From an uncultured Actinomycetota bacterium (GTDB taxonomy: Bacteria; Actinomycetota; Actinomycetes; JAWWOL01), in assembly GCA_963797535.1 (NCBI GenBank), contig CAWCPQ010000001.1:2962881-2986880 (forward strand): a stretch of 24,000 bases of DNA. The letters run 5' to 3'. The notes below the pieces were generated by a model. That model ran no database searches. It was not told where the DNA came from and worked only from the letters and a program-made list of their open reading frames with translations. Of the stretch, positions 16,015 through 24,000 are shown one piece after another (the stretch's first letter is position 1; the number at the start of each line of letters is the position of its first letter). Made by a program: the position numbers and the translations under genes.

Positions 16015-17817
16015 CTAGGGCTTCTTGGTCTTCGTCGCGGGTGCCTTGGTGGTGGTCGCCGGTGGCTTCGTGGTGGTCGCCGGTGGCTTGGTGGTCGTGC
16101 CGGGCGCCGGCGTCGTCGGAGCAGCGCTGGTCGGCGGCGGCGGCGTCGTGGTCGGAGGGTTGGTGACGACCTGCCTCGGACCCAGGACCACGTTGACCAC
16201 CACCTGGGTACCGAGCGGCACCTTGGCGTTCTTGTACGGCGTCTGGTAGCGCACGGAGTTGACGGTCTGCGGTCCGAACACGTTGTTCCGGACGACCGCG
16301 AGCCCGGCGTTGGTCATGATCTGCAGCGCGTCCTCATAGGTCTTGCCGATGACGCCGGGCACGACCACCAGCCCGCTGCCCACGAGCAGTTTGATTTCGG
16401 AGCCTTCCTGCACCTTGACCCCGGTCCCGGGGCTGCTGGTGATCACCTGGTTCTTCGGGGTCGAGCCGTTCTTCAGGGTGATCGTGCCGACCAGGAAGTG
16501 GTTGTCGTTCAGCTTGGACTTGGCCTCGACCAGGCTCAGTCCCTTGACATCCGGGACGGGGACCAGCGCCGCACCGAGGCTGGTCTTGAACGTGACGGTG
16601 CTGCCGGCCGGTGCCTCCGCCAGCGCCACCGGGGACTGTGCGTAGACCGTGCCGACCGGCTTTTTGCTGTTGCCGGTCTGAGCGTCGGGCACGAAGTGGT
16701 CCTGGAGCAGCTTGGTGATCGCGGCTTCCTTGGTGAGGCCGCTGAGGTTGGGCACGGTTGGCGCCGCTGTCGTCGTGCCGTCGCCGAAGGACTTGTGCAG
16801 CTCGTACACGCCAAAGAACACGACCGCGCCCACCGCGCCGAACAGCAGCAGGTAGACCAGGCCGCGCAGGATCGGATGAGTGCGCCGAGCCGGGCGTACG
16901 GCCATCGTGGTCTCGGCAGCGCTCGGCGCGTAGACCCTCGTTGGCGCGTCGAACAGCACCGGCGTCGCCAGCACCGGGCGCCCGGCCAGCGCGCGGGTGA
17001 TGTCCGCCTGCATCTCGGCCGCCGACTGGTAGCGGTTGTCCGGGTTCTTCGCCAAGGCCTTCATCACGATCGCGTCGAGGGACGGCTCGACGTCGGGGGC
17101 CAGCATGCTCGGGGGTAGGGCATCCTCGCGCACGTGCTGGTAAGCCACGGCCACCGGCGAGTCGCCGACGAACGGCGGTCGTCCGGTGAGCAGCTCGTAG
17201 AGCAGGCAGCCGGTCGAGTAGATGTCGGAGCGAGCGTCGACGACCTCGCCGCGCGCCTGCTCCGGCGAGAGGTACTGCGCCGTGCCGATGATGGCGGCGG
17301 TCTGCGTCATCGTGGCGGCGGAGGCGGTGACGGCGCGGGCGATGCCGAAGTCCATCACCTTGATCGCGCCGTTCGGCGTCAGCATGACGTTGGCCGGTTT
17401 GATGTCGCGGTGGATGATGCCGGCGGCGTGGGAGTACTGCAGCGCCGAGCACACCCCGGCGACGATCTCGAGCGCCCGTGACGGCATGACGCCGCCCTCG
17501 GTTTGCAGCACCTCGCGCAGGGTGCGGCCCTCGACGTACTCCATGACGATGTAGGGCGTCGTCATCCCGTTCTGCGTGTCCTCGCCGGTGTCGTAGACCG
17601 CGACGATGGCCGGGTGGTTCAGCGAGGCGGCGGACTGGGCCTCGCGGCGGAACCTGGCTTGGAAGGCGGGGTCGCGGGCCAGGTCGGGGCGCAGGATCTT
17701 GACCGCGATGTCGCGGCCGAGCCGGACGTCACGGCCGCGCAGCACCTCGGCCATGCCGCCGTAGCCAAGGACCGGGCCGATCTCGTAGCGACCGCCCAGC
17801 CTTCGGGTTTCAGTCAT
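16015..17817 (-). CDS. pknB: Ser/Thr protein kinase PknB with three extracellular PASTA domains and a Thr/Pro/Lys-rich C-terminal repeat tail
   Basis: Kinase motifs LGYGGMAEV, IAVKIL, HRDIKPANV, DFGIAR and GTAQYLSPEQ. TM LRGLVYLLLFGAVGAVVFFGVY. Three PASTA-like units start at VPNLSGLT, VPDVKGLS and VPGVIGKT. The tail is TTTKPPATTTKPPATTTKAPATKTKKP. Confidence 0.95.
   Translation of the reverse strand: MTETRRLGGRYEIGPVLGYGGMAEVLRGRDVRLGRDIAVKILRPDLARDPAFQARFRREAQSAASLNHPAIVAVYDTGEDTQNGMTTPYIVMEYVEGRTLREVLQTEGGVMPSRALEIVAGVCSALQYSHAAGIIHRDIKPANVMLTPNGAIKVMDFGIARAVTASAATMTQTAAIIGTAQYLSPEQARGEVVDARSDIYSTGCLLYELLTGRPPFVGDSPVAVAYQHVREDALPPSMLAPDVEPSLDAIVMKALAKNPDNRYQSAAEMQADITRALAGRPVLATPVLFDAPTRVYAPSAAETTMAVRPARRTHPILRGLVYLLLFGAVGAVVFFGVYELHKSFGDGTTTAAPTVPNLSGLTKEAAITKLLQDHFVPDAQTGNSKKPVGTVYAQSPVALAEAPAGSTVTFKTSLGAALVPVPDVKGLSLVEAKSKLNDNHFLVGTITLKNGSTPKNQVITSSPGTGVKVQEGSEIKLLVGSGLVVVPGVIGKTYEDALQIMTNAGLAVVRNNVFGPQTVNSVRYQTPYKNAKVPLGTQVVVNVVLGPRQVVTNPPTTTPPPPTSAAPTTPAPGTTTKPPATTTKPPATTTKAPATKTKKP
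16045..16086. repeat. Tandem 21-bp repeat (2 units differing at 1 nt, plus a degenerate third unit to about 16106) encoding the KPPATTT repeats of the PknB tail
   Basis: Unit A at 16045-16065 is cttggtggtggtcgccggtgg. Unit B at 16066-16086 is cttcgtggtggtcgccggtgg. Confidence 0.85.
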
Positions 17818-17918
17818 GCAGGTACCCCGCGACCGCTGACTCTGCTGTTGCCATGCACTCGTGCCACGCTACCCGCGCATAAGTGCTCACGGTGTCAGGT
17901 GCGGGCCCGCGGCGGGGC

Positions 17919-17935
17919 GAGTCGTCGGGCGACTC
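17919..17935 (-). other. Small hairpin GAGTCG-tcggg-CGACTC in the 129-nt pbpA-pknB spacer, next to the palindrome GCGGGCCCGC (17901-17910)
   Basis: 6-bp perfect stem beginning 12 nt past the pbpA stop (17947-17949). No U-tract. Its function (attenuator, processing site or none) is unknown. Confidence 0.3.
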
Positions 17936-17946
17936 TGCGGCGCGGG

Positions 17947-19401
17947 TCATTTGCCGAGCACCGCCTTCATGACCTGCGCGGCGATCGGGGCCGCGACCTT
18001 GCCGCCGGTGGCTTCGTTGCCCAGCGCGCCGCCGTTCTCGACCAGGACGGCCACGGCGACGGTCGGGTTCTGCGCCGGGGCGAACGCGATGAACCAGGCG
18101 TGCGGCGCCGCGTTGACGCCGTGCTGGGCGGTGCCGGTCTTGCCTGCGACCTGGATGCCGCTGATCCGGGCCGCGCTGCCGGTGCCATTGTTGACGACGC
18201 CGATCATCATCTGGGTGAGCTCGGATGCCACCTCGGGCGTCACCGCCTGTCGCAGGATCTCCGGCTTGGTACGGGAAACCAGCTCGGTGTCCGGGCCGAG
18301 GATCTGGTCGACCATGTAGGGCGCCATCAGCGTTCCGTGGTTGGCGACGGCGGAGGCGATCATCGCCGCCTGCAGCGGGGTGATCCGCACGTCGTACTGC
18401 CCGATCGCTGCCAGCGCGGTCTGCCAGTTGGGCTGCAGGTTGTCGGGGAACACGCTCGTGGCAGTCGGGATCGGCGTGGTCAGACTCCGGTCGTTGAAGT
18501 CGAACGCCTCCGCCTGCGCGAGCAGCGCATCCGGCCCGAGCTTGAGACCGAGGGCGCCGAACGCGGTGTTGCAGGAGATCCGCAGCGCTGCCGCCAGGGT
18601 CATCTGGCCGCTCTTGGCGCAGACCTCGTTGCCGAAGTTGTTCAGCGGGTTGCTCGTCTGCGGCAGCTTCAGCGCGTGCGGCGCCGGGATCACCGTGTCG
18701 GGTTTGGCACCGGCGGACAGCGCCGCGGCGGAGGTGACGATCTTGAACAGCGAGCCGGGCGGGTAGGTCGCGGACAGGCCCCGGTCCAGCAGCGGGGACG
18801 CCGGGTCGGCGTTGAGCGCCTTCCAGGCCGCCGCCACCGCTGTGGTGTTGTGGGAGGTCAGCCGGTTGGGGTCGTAGGAGGGCGACGTCGCCAGCGCGAG
18901 GATCTTGCCGGTGCGCGGGTCGAGGGCGACGACCGCGCCGGTCTGCCCCTTGAGCCCCTGGAAGGCGGCGTCCTGGGCCGCCGGGTCGATGGTCAGGATC
19001 ACGCTGCCACCACGGATGGACCGGCCGGTGAGCAGGTCTTGCAGCCGGCGGACGATCAGCCGGTCGTCCTCACCGGACAGCACCGGGTCCTCGGCCCGCT
19101 CGATGCCGGTCGAAGCCTCCAGCAGCGAGTAGTAGCCGGTGATGGGCGCGTACTCCGGCCCCAGCGGATAGGTGCGCAGGTACTTCAGCCGGTCGTCGGT
19201 CGGCTTGGACACCGCGATCGCCGAGCCGTGGACCACGATCTGGCCGCGCGGGCGGCTGTACGTGCGCAGCAGGACCCGCGAGTTGTGGACGTTGTTGCGC
19301 AGGTTCTTGGCGTCGCCGATCTGGATGATGTTGACGTTGACCAGCAGTGCCAGGAACAGGATCAGGCAGGCTACGGAGACCCGCCGGATGGCGCGGTTCA
19401 T
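17947..19401 (-). CDS. pbpA: Class B penicillin-binding protein (D,D-transpeptidase) PbpA
   Basis: MNRAIRRVSVACLILFLALLVNVNIIQ (signal anchor), YSRPRGQI, SPSYDPN, PPGSLFK (SxxK), SCNTAF (SxN) and GKTGTA (KTG). By eye it is colinear with M. tuberculosis PbpA. The start is re-set from 19914 to ATG 19401, with GGAGG 7 nt upstream. It overlaps the rodA stop (ATGA). Confidence 0.93.
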   Translation of the reverse strand: MNRAIRRVSVACLILFLALLVNVNIIQIGDAKNLRNNVHNSRVLLRTYSRPRGQIVVHGSAIAVSKPTDDRLKYLRTYPLGPEYAPITGYYSLLEASTGIERAEDPVLSGEDDRLIVRRLQDLLTGRSIRGGSVILTIDPAAQDAAFQGLKGQTGAVVALDPRTGKILALATSPSYDPNRLTSHNTTAVAAAWKALNADPASPLLDRGLSATYPPGSLFKIVTSAAALSAGAKPDTVIPAPHALKLPQTSNPLNNFGNEVCAKSGQMTLAAALRISCNTAFGALGLKLGPDALLAQAEAFDFNDRSLTTPIPTATSVFPDNLQPNWQTALAAIGQYDVRITPLQAAMIASAVANHGTLMAPYMVDQILGPDTELVSRTKPEILRQAVTPEVASELTQMMIGVVNNGTGSAARISGIQVAGKTGTAQHGVNAAPHAWFIAFAPAQNPTVAVAVLVENGGALGNEATGGKVAAPIAAQVMKAVLGK

Positions 19402-20834
19402 CGCAGCACCTCCGTGGGCCGGTCGTCCGGTGGCGACGGCGGCGGTGGCGGCGGCGGGGTACGGATCGCGGCTTGCGGCACCGGTCTGCGTGCGGCATCG
19501 CTGACCCGGACCATCAGCGCGATGATCACCCAGTTGGCGACCAGGGACGACCCGCCGTAGGACATGAACGGCAGCGTCATGCCGGTCAGCGGGATCAGTC
19601 TGGTGACGCCGCCGACGACCACGAACACTTGCAGGGCAAGGGAAAACGCGAGTCCGGTGACCAGCAGCTTGCCGAAAGCGTCGCGTACGAGCACCGCAGT
19701 GCGCAGGCCGCGTTGGACGACGATGCCGTAGATCACCAGCACCGCCATCAGCCCGGCCAGGCCCAGCTCCTCGCCGAGCGTTGCGGTGATGAAGTCGGTC
19801 TTCGCAAACGGCACGAGATCGGGCCGGCCGAGGCCGAGGCCCGTACCGAGAACGCCGCCGGTGCCGAGTCCGAACAGGCCCTGAACCAGCTGGTAGGCAT
19901 GGGGATCGGTCCACGGGTGCAGCCAGATGTCGACGCGTTCGTGGACGTGACCGAACAGCCGGTAGGCGGTGTAGGAGCCCACGCAGAACAGGGTCAGCCC
20001 GATGACCAGCCAGGACATCCGCTCGGTGGCGACGTAGAGCATCGCCGTGAAGATGCCGAAGAACAGCAGCGAGGTGCCGAGGTCGCGTTCGAAGACCAGC
20101 ACCGCGAGCATGATCAGCCAGGCGACGAGTACGGGCCCGAGGTCGCGGCCGCGGGGCAGGTTGAGGCCGAGGAAACGCCTGCTGGCCAAGGAGAGTACGT
20201 CGCGCTTGGCTACGAAGTAGCCGGCGAAGAACACCACCAGCAGGATCTTGGCGAGCTCGCTCGGCTGGAAGGAGAAGCCGGCGAGCCGGATCCAGATCTT
20301 GGCGCCGTTGACCTCGCTGTAGGCCGCGGGCAGGATCGCCGGAATCATCAGCAGGACGAGGCCGGCGCCCATCGCGGTGTAGGTGTAGCGCTGCAGTGTG
20401 CGGTGGTCGCGTACGACAGCGAGCACGACGACGAACAAGGCCATGCCCAGCACCATCCAGATGAACTGGATGTGGGCGTCGCCGTGCGGGTCCGGTCGGC
20501 CGAGCTGGCGGGCGCGGTCGGCCTCGGCGAGGTCGAGGCGGTGGATCAGGACGAGGCCGAGCCCGTTCAGGAACGCCACCAGCGGCAGCATCAGCGGGTC
20601 GGCGTAGGGCGCGAGGCGGCGTACGGCGAGGTGCGCCAGCAGGTAGATCACGCCGAAACCGCAGGCGTAGAGCCCGATCGACGGCGGGAACTCCTTGTCG
20701 TGGCCGACGCCGACGGCGATGTAGGCGGCGAGGTCGACGAGCAGGCCGAGCGCGAGCATCCAGGCTTCGGGGCGCCGACCGGGACGAGCCGGGGGCAGGG
20801 TGCCCGCGGTGGCGTCGGCGGTGATGGCGCTCAC
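19398..20834 (-). CDS. rodA: SEDS-family peptidoglycan glycosyltransferase RodA/FtsW
   Basis: Polytopic protein. RRLAPYADPLMLPLVAFLNGLGLVLIHRLDL, FQPSELAKILLVVFFAGY, DLGTSLLFF, TDFITATLGEELG and LPFMSYGGSSL are SEDS blocks. The C-terminal tail is RTPPPPPPPSPPDD. The start is set at GTG 20834, which overlaps the pstP stop (GTGA). The 254-aa track extension is Arg/Pro/Gly junk overlapping pstP. Confidence 0.92.
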   Translation of the reverse strand: MSAITADATAGTLPPARPGRRPEAWMLALGLLVDLAAYIAVGVGHDKEFPPSIGLYACGFGVIYLLAHLAVRRLAPYADPLMLPLVAFLNGLGLVLIHRLDLAEADRARQLGRPDPHGDAHIQFIWMVLGMALFVVVLAVVRDHRTLQRYTYTAMGAGLVLLMIPAILPAAYSEVNGAKIWIRLAGFSFQPSELAKILLVVFFAGYFVAKRDVLSLASRRFLGLNLPRGRDLGPVLVAWLIMLAVLVFERDLGTSLLFFGIFTAMLYVATERMSWLVIGLTLFCVGSYTAYRLFGHVHERVDIWLHPWTDPHAYQLVQGLFGLGTGGVLGTGLGLGRPDLVPFAKTDFITATLGEELGLAGLMAVLVIYGIVVQRGLRTAVLVRDAFGKLLVTGLAFSLALQVFVVVGGVTRLIPLTGMTLPFMSYGGSSLVANWVIIALMVRVSDAARRPVPQAAIRTPPPPPPPSPPDDRPTEVLR

Positions 20835-22150
20835 TTCGCCGCTGGGATGCAGGTCTGGGTGGTGGCGGGCGTCGGTGCGGCGCTCGGTGTCGCGGCGGGA
20901 GTGGGTGTCGCGGCGGGGGTCGGCGTCGTGCCCGTTGTCCCGGGGCAGGCGGGCAGCTGGTTGGTGCGCAGCTCGGTCACGACGGCTTGGGCACCGGCGA
21001 GGCTGCCGCTGGTGATGTTGCCCTCGACCTTGTCCCGCCAGAACGGCTGCAGGCTGCTGACCGGGATGTCCGTGCTCGTCTGCACGGACGACAGGTTGAT
21101 GCCGGCGAAGGAGTTGGGGACGCCGCGGTAGATCGTCACCTGGTTGTTGCGGACGCCGACGTAGTACTGGCCGTGGACGTAGATCCTGGCGCCGAGCAGG
21201 GCTGCGCCGAGGATGGCGAGCAGCACGATGACGATGAGCACGATCCGTACCGGATGGCGCTGGCGCTTGGTGGCGTGGGCGAAACCGTAGGCGCGGATCT
21301 CGGTGGGCGCCTTCTTCACCGGGCCGGTGACCAGGGACGCCCGCGCTGCCGGTGTGTCCGCCCTTGGCAGCGAGCCGGCCGGGTGCTCGGCCGCTGCGCC
21401 GGCGACCACCACGTCGTCGGTGCCCGTCTGCTCCGCCTCGTCGAGCACCTCGGCCACGACGCAGGTGATGTTGTCCGGACCGCCGCCACGCAGTGCCAGC
21501 TCGACCAGCCGGTCGACGGCCGTGCCGAGGTCGGGGAGCAGCAGCGCGTCGCGCAGGGTCGCATCGGACACGACACCGGAAAGGCCGTCGCTGCACAGCA
21601 GGTAGCGGTCGCCCGGCAACGTGTCGCGTACGGACAGGTCGAGCTCGATGTCCTCGGAGCCCTGTAATGCACGCAGGATCAGCGCTCGCTGGGGATGGCT
21701 GGCGGCTTGCTCGCGGGTGATCCGGCCCTCGTCGACGAAGGACTGGACGAGGGTGTGGTCGTGGGTGATCTGGGTGAGGGCGCCGCCGCGCAGGAGGTAG
21801 GCCCTGGAGTCGCCGATGTGCAGCAGCCCGATCCGGGTGCCGGAGAACAGCATCGCCGTGAGCGTGGTGCCCATGCCGGTGAGCGTCCGGTCGCGGGCGA
21901 TCAGGTCGCGCAGCTGGTCGTTGGCGTCGTACGCGGCGTTGCTCAGGGCAGCGAGCAGGTCGGCGCCGGGCGGGTCCTCGTCCAGCGGTGCCATGGCCGC
22001 GATCGCCACCGCGCTGGCCACCTCGCCAGCAGCGGCACCGCCCATGCCGTCGGCGACCGCCAGCAGCCGGGGACCGGCGTAGACCGAGTCCTCGTTGCCG
22101 TCTCGCAGCAGGCCGACGTCGGAGCGTGCTGCGTAGCGCAGGGCGGTCAC
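20831..22150 (-). CDS. pstP: PP2C-family Ser/Thr phosphatase PstP (membrane-anchored, extracytoplasmic C-terminal domain)
   Basis: VTALRYAARSDVGLLRDGNEDSVYAGPRLLAVADGMGG, LLCSDGLSGVV and GGPDNITCVVAEV. TM VRIVLIVIVLLAILGAALLGARIYV. The C-terminal domain ends in TPTPAATPTPAATPSAAPTPATT with two Cys. The start GTG 22150 overlaps the fhaB stop (GTGA). It matches the Mtb PstP N-terminus (..LRYAARSDRGLVR.NNEDSVYAG.RLLALADGMGG). Confidence 0.93.
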   Translation of the reverse strand: MTALRYAARSDVGLLRDGNEDSVYAGPRLLAVADGMGGAAAGEVASAVAIAAMAPLDEDPPGADLLAALSNAAYDANDQLRDLIARDRTLTGMGTTLTAMLFSGTRIGLLHIGDSRAYLLRGGALTQITHDHTLVQSFVDEGRITREQAASHPQRALILRALQGSEDIELDLSVRDTLPGDRYLLCSDGLSGVVSDATLRDALLLPDLGTAVDRLVELALRGGGPDNITCVVAEVLDEAEQTGTDDVVVAGAAAEHPAGSLPRADTPAARASLVTGPVKKAPTEIRAYGFAHATKRQRHPVRIVLIVIVLLAILGAALLGARIYVHGQYYVGVRNNQVTIYRGVPNSFAGINLSSVQTSTDIPVSSLQPFWRDKVEGNITSGSLAGAQAVVTELRTNQLPACPGTTGTTPTPAATPTPAATPSAAPTPATTQTCIPAAK

Positions 22151-22644
22151 CGGCGGAGCTCGATCGCCGTCTTGCCGATCCGGATCACGGCCCCCGGCGG
22201 CACGATGGTGGGCCGGGTGACCTTGTCCCGGTCGAGGTAGGTGCCGTTGGTGGAGCCGAGGTCCTCGATGACCCACTGGCCGTTCTGCGGCATCAGCCGG
22301 GCGTGCCGGGCGGAGGCGTAGTCGTCGGTGAGCACCAAGGTCGAGTCGTCGGCGCGGCCGATGCTGATCGGCTGGTCGCCGAGGCCCATGCTGGTGCCGG
22401 TCAGGCCACCGGCGGTGACCACGAGCTTGCGCGGGATCCCTTTGCCCTTGGGGGTTTTTGGCGTCTTGGCCGGTTTCGTCGAGGTGGTGCGGATCGGGTT
22501 GCGTACGGCTGCCCGTACCGCTCCGGTGCCGTTGAGGTCGTTGCGCATGACCCGGATGGCGGCAATCACGAACACCCACAGCAATGCGAGCAGCCCCACC
22601 CGGATGCCAAAGATGGCGAGGTCGGGCACGGTGTTGTTCGGCAC
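22147..22644 (-). CDS. fhaB: FHA-domain membrane protein FhaB/FipA
   Basis: N-terminal TM (IRVGLLALLWVFVIAAIRV), a basic linker, and an FHA domain (ISIGRADDSTLVLTDDYASARHARL...VIEDLGSTNGTYLDRDKV...IRIGKTAIELRR) nearly identical in pattern to Mtb Rv0019c. The start is either GTG 22644 (1-nt overlap with the fhaA TAG) or GTG 22629, which fits the Mtb N-terminal length better. Confidence 0.88.
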   Translation of the reverse strand: MPNNTVPDLAIFGIRVGLLALLWVFVIAAIRVMRNDLNGTGAVRAAVRNPIRTTSTKPAKTPKTPKGKGIPRKLVVTAGGLTGTSMGLGDQPISIGRADDSTLVLTDDYASARHARLMPQNGQWVIEDLGSTNGTYLDRDKVTRPTIVPPGAVIRIGKTAIELRR

Positions 22645-23399
22645 TACGTACCGTCCGGATCGCGCAGGAAGACCAGGACGGTCGACCCCATCGTGATGCG
22701 CTGGCCGTGCGTGAGTGCCACCGGCGAGGTGACCTTGACCCCGTCCAGCGTGGTGCCGTTGGTGGAGCCGAGGTCCTCGACCCATACGGCGCCGTCGCGC
22801 AGCTCGACCTGAGCGTGGTGCCGCGAGACGCCGGGGTCGGACAGCCGCAGGTCGGCGTCGTGGCCGCGGCCGATGACGGTCCGCGGGGTGAGCAGCGGGA
22901 CCGCGCGCTCGAGGTTGGACTTGGCCGAACCGTCCCGGCTCACGATCAGCCGTGGCTGCCCGCTGATGCTCTTGCGCACCCGCGGCGCTGGTGGCGTGAT
23001 GGCCGTCTCGTCGGCGCTGACGCCGTCGGACGCCACGACCTCGCTGCGCACCTTGAACACCCCCGTGTCGTGGGCGTTGACCAGCTCCAGCGTCACGCCG
23101 ACGTCGCCGAGGAACGACCAGTGCTGCTCGGCCGCGGACTCCTCGACCATCGTCGACAGCTCGAGCCCGAGCTGATGGGCGTAGGGGGACAGCCGCGCGT
23201 AGTCGGCGCGGCTGAGCTCGACGACATAGGCATTGGGTACGAGCACCCGCCCCGCACCCACGATTGCCTTCTTGTCCAGGGCCTCGCGCTCCAGTGCGGC
23301 GGCGATCTCCACCGGCTCCACGTTGCCTTTGAAGGCACGCGCGAAAGCCCCCTCGACCAGGCCCTCGAGCCGGCGTTCGAAACGCTGCAGTACTCCCAC
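22644..23399 (-). CDS. fhaA: FHA-domain protein FhaA (DUF3662 N-terminal domain plus C-terminal FHA)
   Basis: VGVLQRFERRLEGLVEGAFARAFKGNVEPVEIAAAL (FhaA N-domain signature) and the FHA domain VIGRGHDADLRLSDPGVSRHHAQV...VEDLGSTNGTTLDG. The start is re-set to GTG 23399, with GGGAG 5 nt upstream. The track ORF extension to 23585 runs antisense through the tRNA. Confidence 0.88.
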   Translation of the reverse strand: MGVLQRFERRLEGLVEGAFARAFKGNVEPVEIAAALEREALDKKAIVGAGRVLVPNAYVVELSRADYARLSPYAHQLGLELSTMVEESAAEQHWSFLGDVGVTLELVNAHDTGVFKVRSEVVASDGVSADETAITPPAPRVRKSISGQPRLIVSRDGSAKSNLERAVPLLTPRTVIGRGHDADLRLSDPGVSRHHAQVELRDGAVWVEDLGSTNGTTLDGVKVTSPVALTHGQRITMGSTVLVFLRDPDGT

Positions 23400-23500
23400 G
23401 CCGACTCCCTTCCCGGCTCGGGGTGATCGTATCCGGGTTCCGGTACCCGACTGCGCGCGATCACCCCGCGTGGCCCTGTGATAGCCTCGGTCGCTGTCCA

Positions 23501-23583
23501 CGGGCGAGTGGCGGAATGGCAGACGCGCACGGTTCAGGTCCGTGTGTCCGAAAGGACGTGGGGGTTCAACTCCCCCCTCGCCC
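23501..23583 (+). tRNA. leuT: tRNA-Leu (anticodon CAG), class II with long variable arm; CCA not encoded
   Basis: Folded by hand. Acceptor GGGCGAG/CTCGCCC with discriminator A. D-stem GCG/CGC. Anticodon stem CACGG/CCGTG with loop TTCAGGT (CAG at positions 34-36). Variable arm GTCC-GAAA-GGAC. T-arm GGGGG-TTCAACT-CCCCC. It is adjacent to fhaA, as in mycobacteria. Confidence 0.95.
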
Positions 23584-23659
23584 ACCGAGTTCCTTCCGGT
23601 GGAGTTGCTCCCCGGCTCTCAGTCGGCGACGCGGTTTCCGCCAGCCAGGTCAGGCCCCA

Positions 23660-24000
23660 TCACCCCGGCAGCAAGTTGATGGCTCGGGCCACCACCAGCA
23701 CGGCGAGAAGCAACGACACCGCCGCCTGCAGAGTCATCATCATCTTCGACCAGTGCTTGACGGCAGAGACGTCGGTCGGGCTGAACGCGGTCGAGATCGC
23801 GAACGACATGTGCAGGTAGTCGACCAGCCTCGGGTACCAGTCGCGCTTGACCCACTCCGGGTTCGTCATCTCCGGGAAGATGAAGGCCGGCAGGCGTACG
23901 GTGCCGGTGGCCCGTTCCGCTGCCCCGCCCTGGTCGAGGTCCCAGTACCACAGGCCGAAGGCGATCACGTTGATCGCCCAGATCGCGGCGCCGGTCCCGA
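23660..24000 (-). CDS. DUF1345-like integral membrane protein, C-terminal part (5' end beyond the window)
   Basis: The frame stays open from 23968 up to the window edge (...GTGAAIWAINVIAFGLWYWDLDQGG...). YLHMSFAISTAFSPTDVS followed by a terminal TM resembles the DUF1345 C-terminal region. The family call is from memory only. Confidence 0.55.
   Translation of the reverse strand, partial: GTGAAIWAINVIAFGLWYWDLDQGGAAERATGTVRLPAFIFPEMTNPEWVKRDWYPRLVDYLHMSFAISTAFSPTDVSAVKHWSKMMMTLQAAVSLLLAVLVVARAINLLPG

Noticed and set aside
15800-16018. 72-aa Arg-rich plus ORF spanning the trpG-pknB insert
   Set aside because: It is in a different frame from the relic trpG end, about one third arginine, and has no SD. 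It is an artefact of GC-rich non-coding DNA.
16045-16106. Short tandem repeats checked as a possible CRISPR or mini-satellite
   Set aside because: The units are contiguous with no spacers, lie in frame inside pknB, and encode the KPPATTT tail. This is a coding tandem repeat, not a CRISPR array.
17503-21131. Plus-strand ORFs 17503..19560 (685 aa) and 19347..21131 (594 aa)
   Set aside because: They are antisense to pknB, pbpA, rodA and pstP. They have shadow-frame composition (G/R/D/V/Q/H runs) and no motifs.
19402-22579. Long N-terminal extensions of pbpA (to 19914), rodA (to 21596) and pstP (to 22579) in the track
   Set aside because: Each extension overlaps the upstream gene out of frame and is Arg/Pro/Gly-rich. 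Internal starts reproduce the mycobacterial N-termini and give GTGA/ATGA stop-start overlaps.
23481-23486. TAGCCT as a -10 hexamer for the tRNA-Leu promoter
   Set aside because: The spacing to the mature 5' end is plausible, but I found no convincing -35 element. A single TANNNT hexamer in GC-rich DNA is not adequate evidence.
23400-23585. fhaA track ORF extended to 23585
   Set aside because: The extension runs antisense straight through tRNA-Leu (23501-23583). The FhaA signature VGVLQRFERRLEGLV begins at GTG 23399, with GGGAG upstream.

Overview
This is a high-GC actinobacterial chromosomal segment; spot counts of single 60-nt lines give about 77-78% G+C in the cell-wall operon. From about 9.4 kb to 23.6 kb it carries the conserved oriC-proximal cell-division/cell-wall cluster of Actinomycetota, the positional equivalent of M. 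tuberculosis Rv0008c-Rv0020c plus leuT. In order, this cluster holds a tail-anchored repeat protein, ppiA, a zinc-ribbon rhomboid protease, crgA, a class E sortase, a small membrane protein, an acyl-CoA synthetase and trpG/pabA. These are followed by the convergent pknB and pbpA-rodA-pstP-fhaB-fhaA genes, tRNA-Leu(CAG) and a partial DUF1345-like gene. The left 9 kb is more accessory in character. It holds a complete arginine deiminase operon in the unusual order arcC-arcA-arcB-arcD, an APC-family permease, and a P2-type P-type ATPase translationally coupled to that permease. The ATPase is missing from the supplied ORF track because its frame never reaches a stop inside the window. Many track ORFs are high-GC shadow frames or carry spurious N-terminal extensions, so I re-set starts using homolog N-termini, Shine-Dalgarno spacing and stop/start overlaps. 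I see no CRISPR array, transposase, integrase or recognisable defence, toxin or biosynthetic system, and I do not claim a novel system. The observations most worth follow-up are these. (1) A 57-bp duplication of the trpG 3' end (53/57 identical, 3 of 4 differences synonymous) brackets a ~180-bp structured insert between trpG and pknB. (2) An adenylate-forming enzyme is ATGA-coupled to the stand-alone glutamine amidotransferase. (3) A tail-anchored protein with five exact 11-residue proline-punctuated repeats sits at the cwsA-equivalent position. (4) The fhaA-to-pbpA genes form a chain of 1-4 nt overlaps that breaks before a solitary pknB, with no pknA present. (5) There are two intergenic palindromes.
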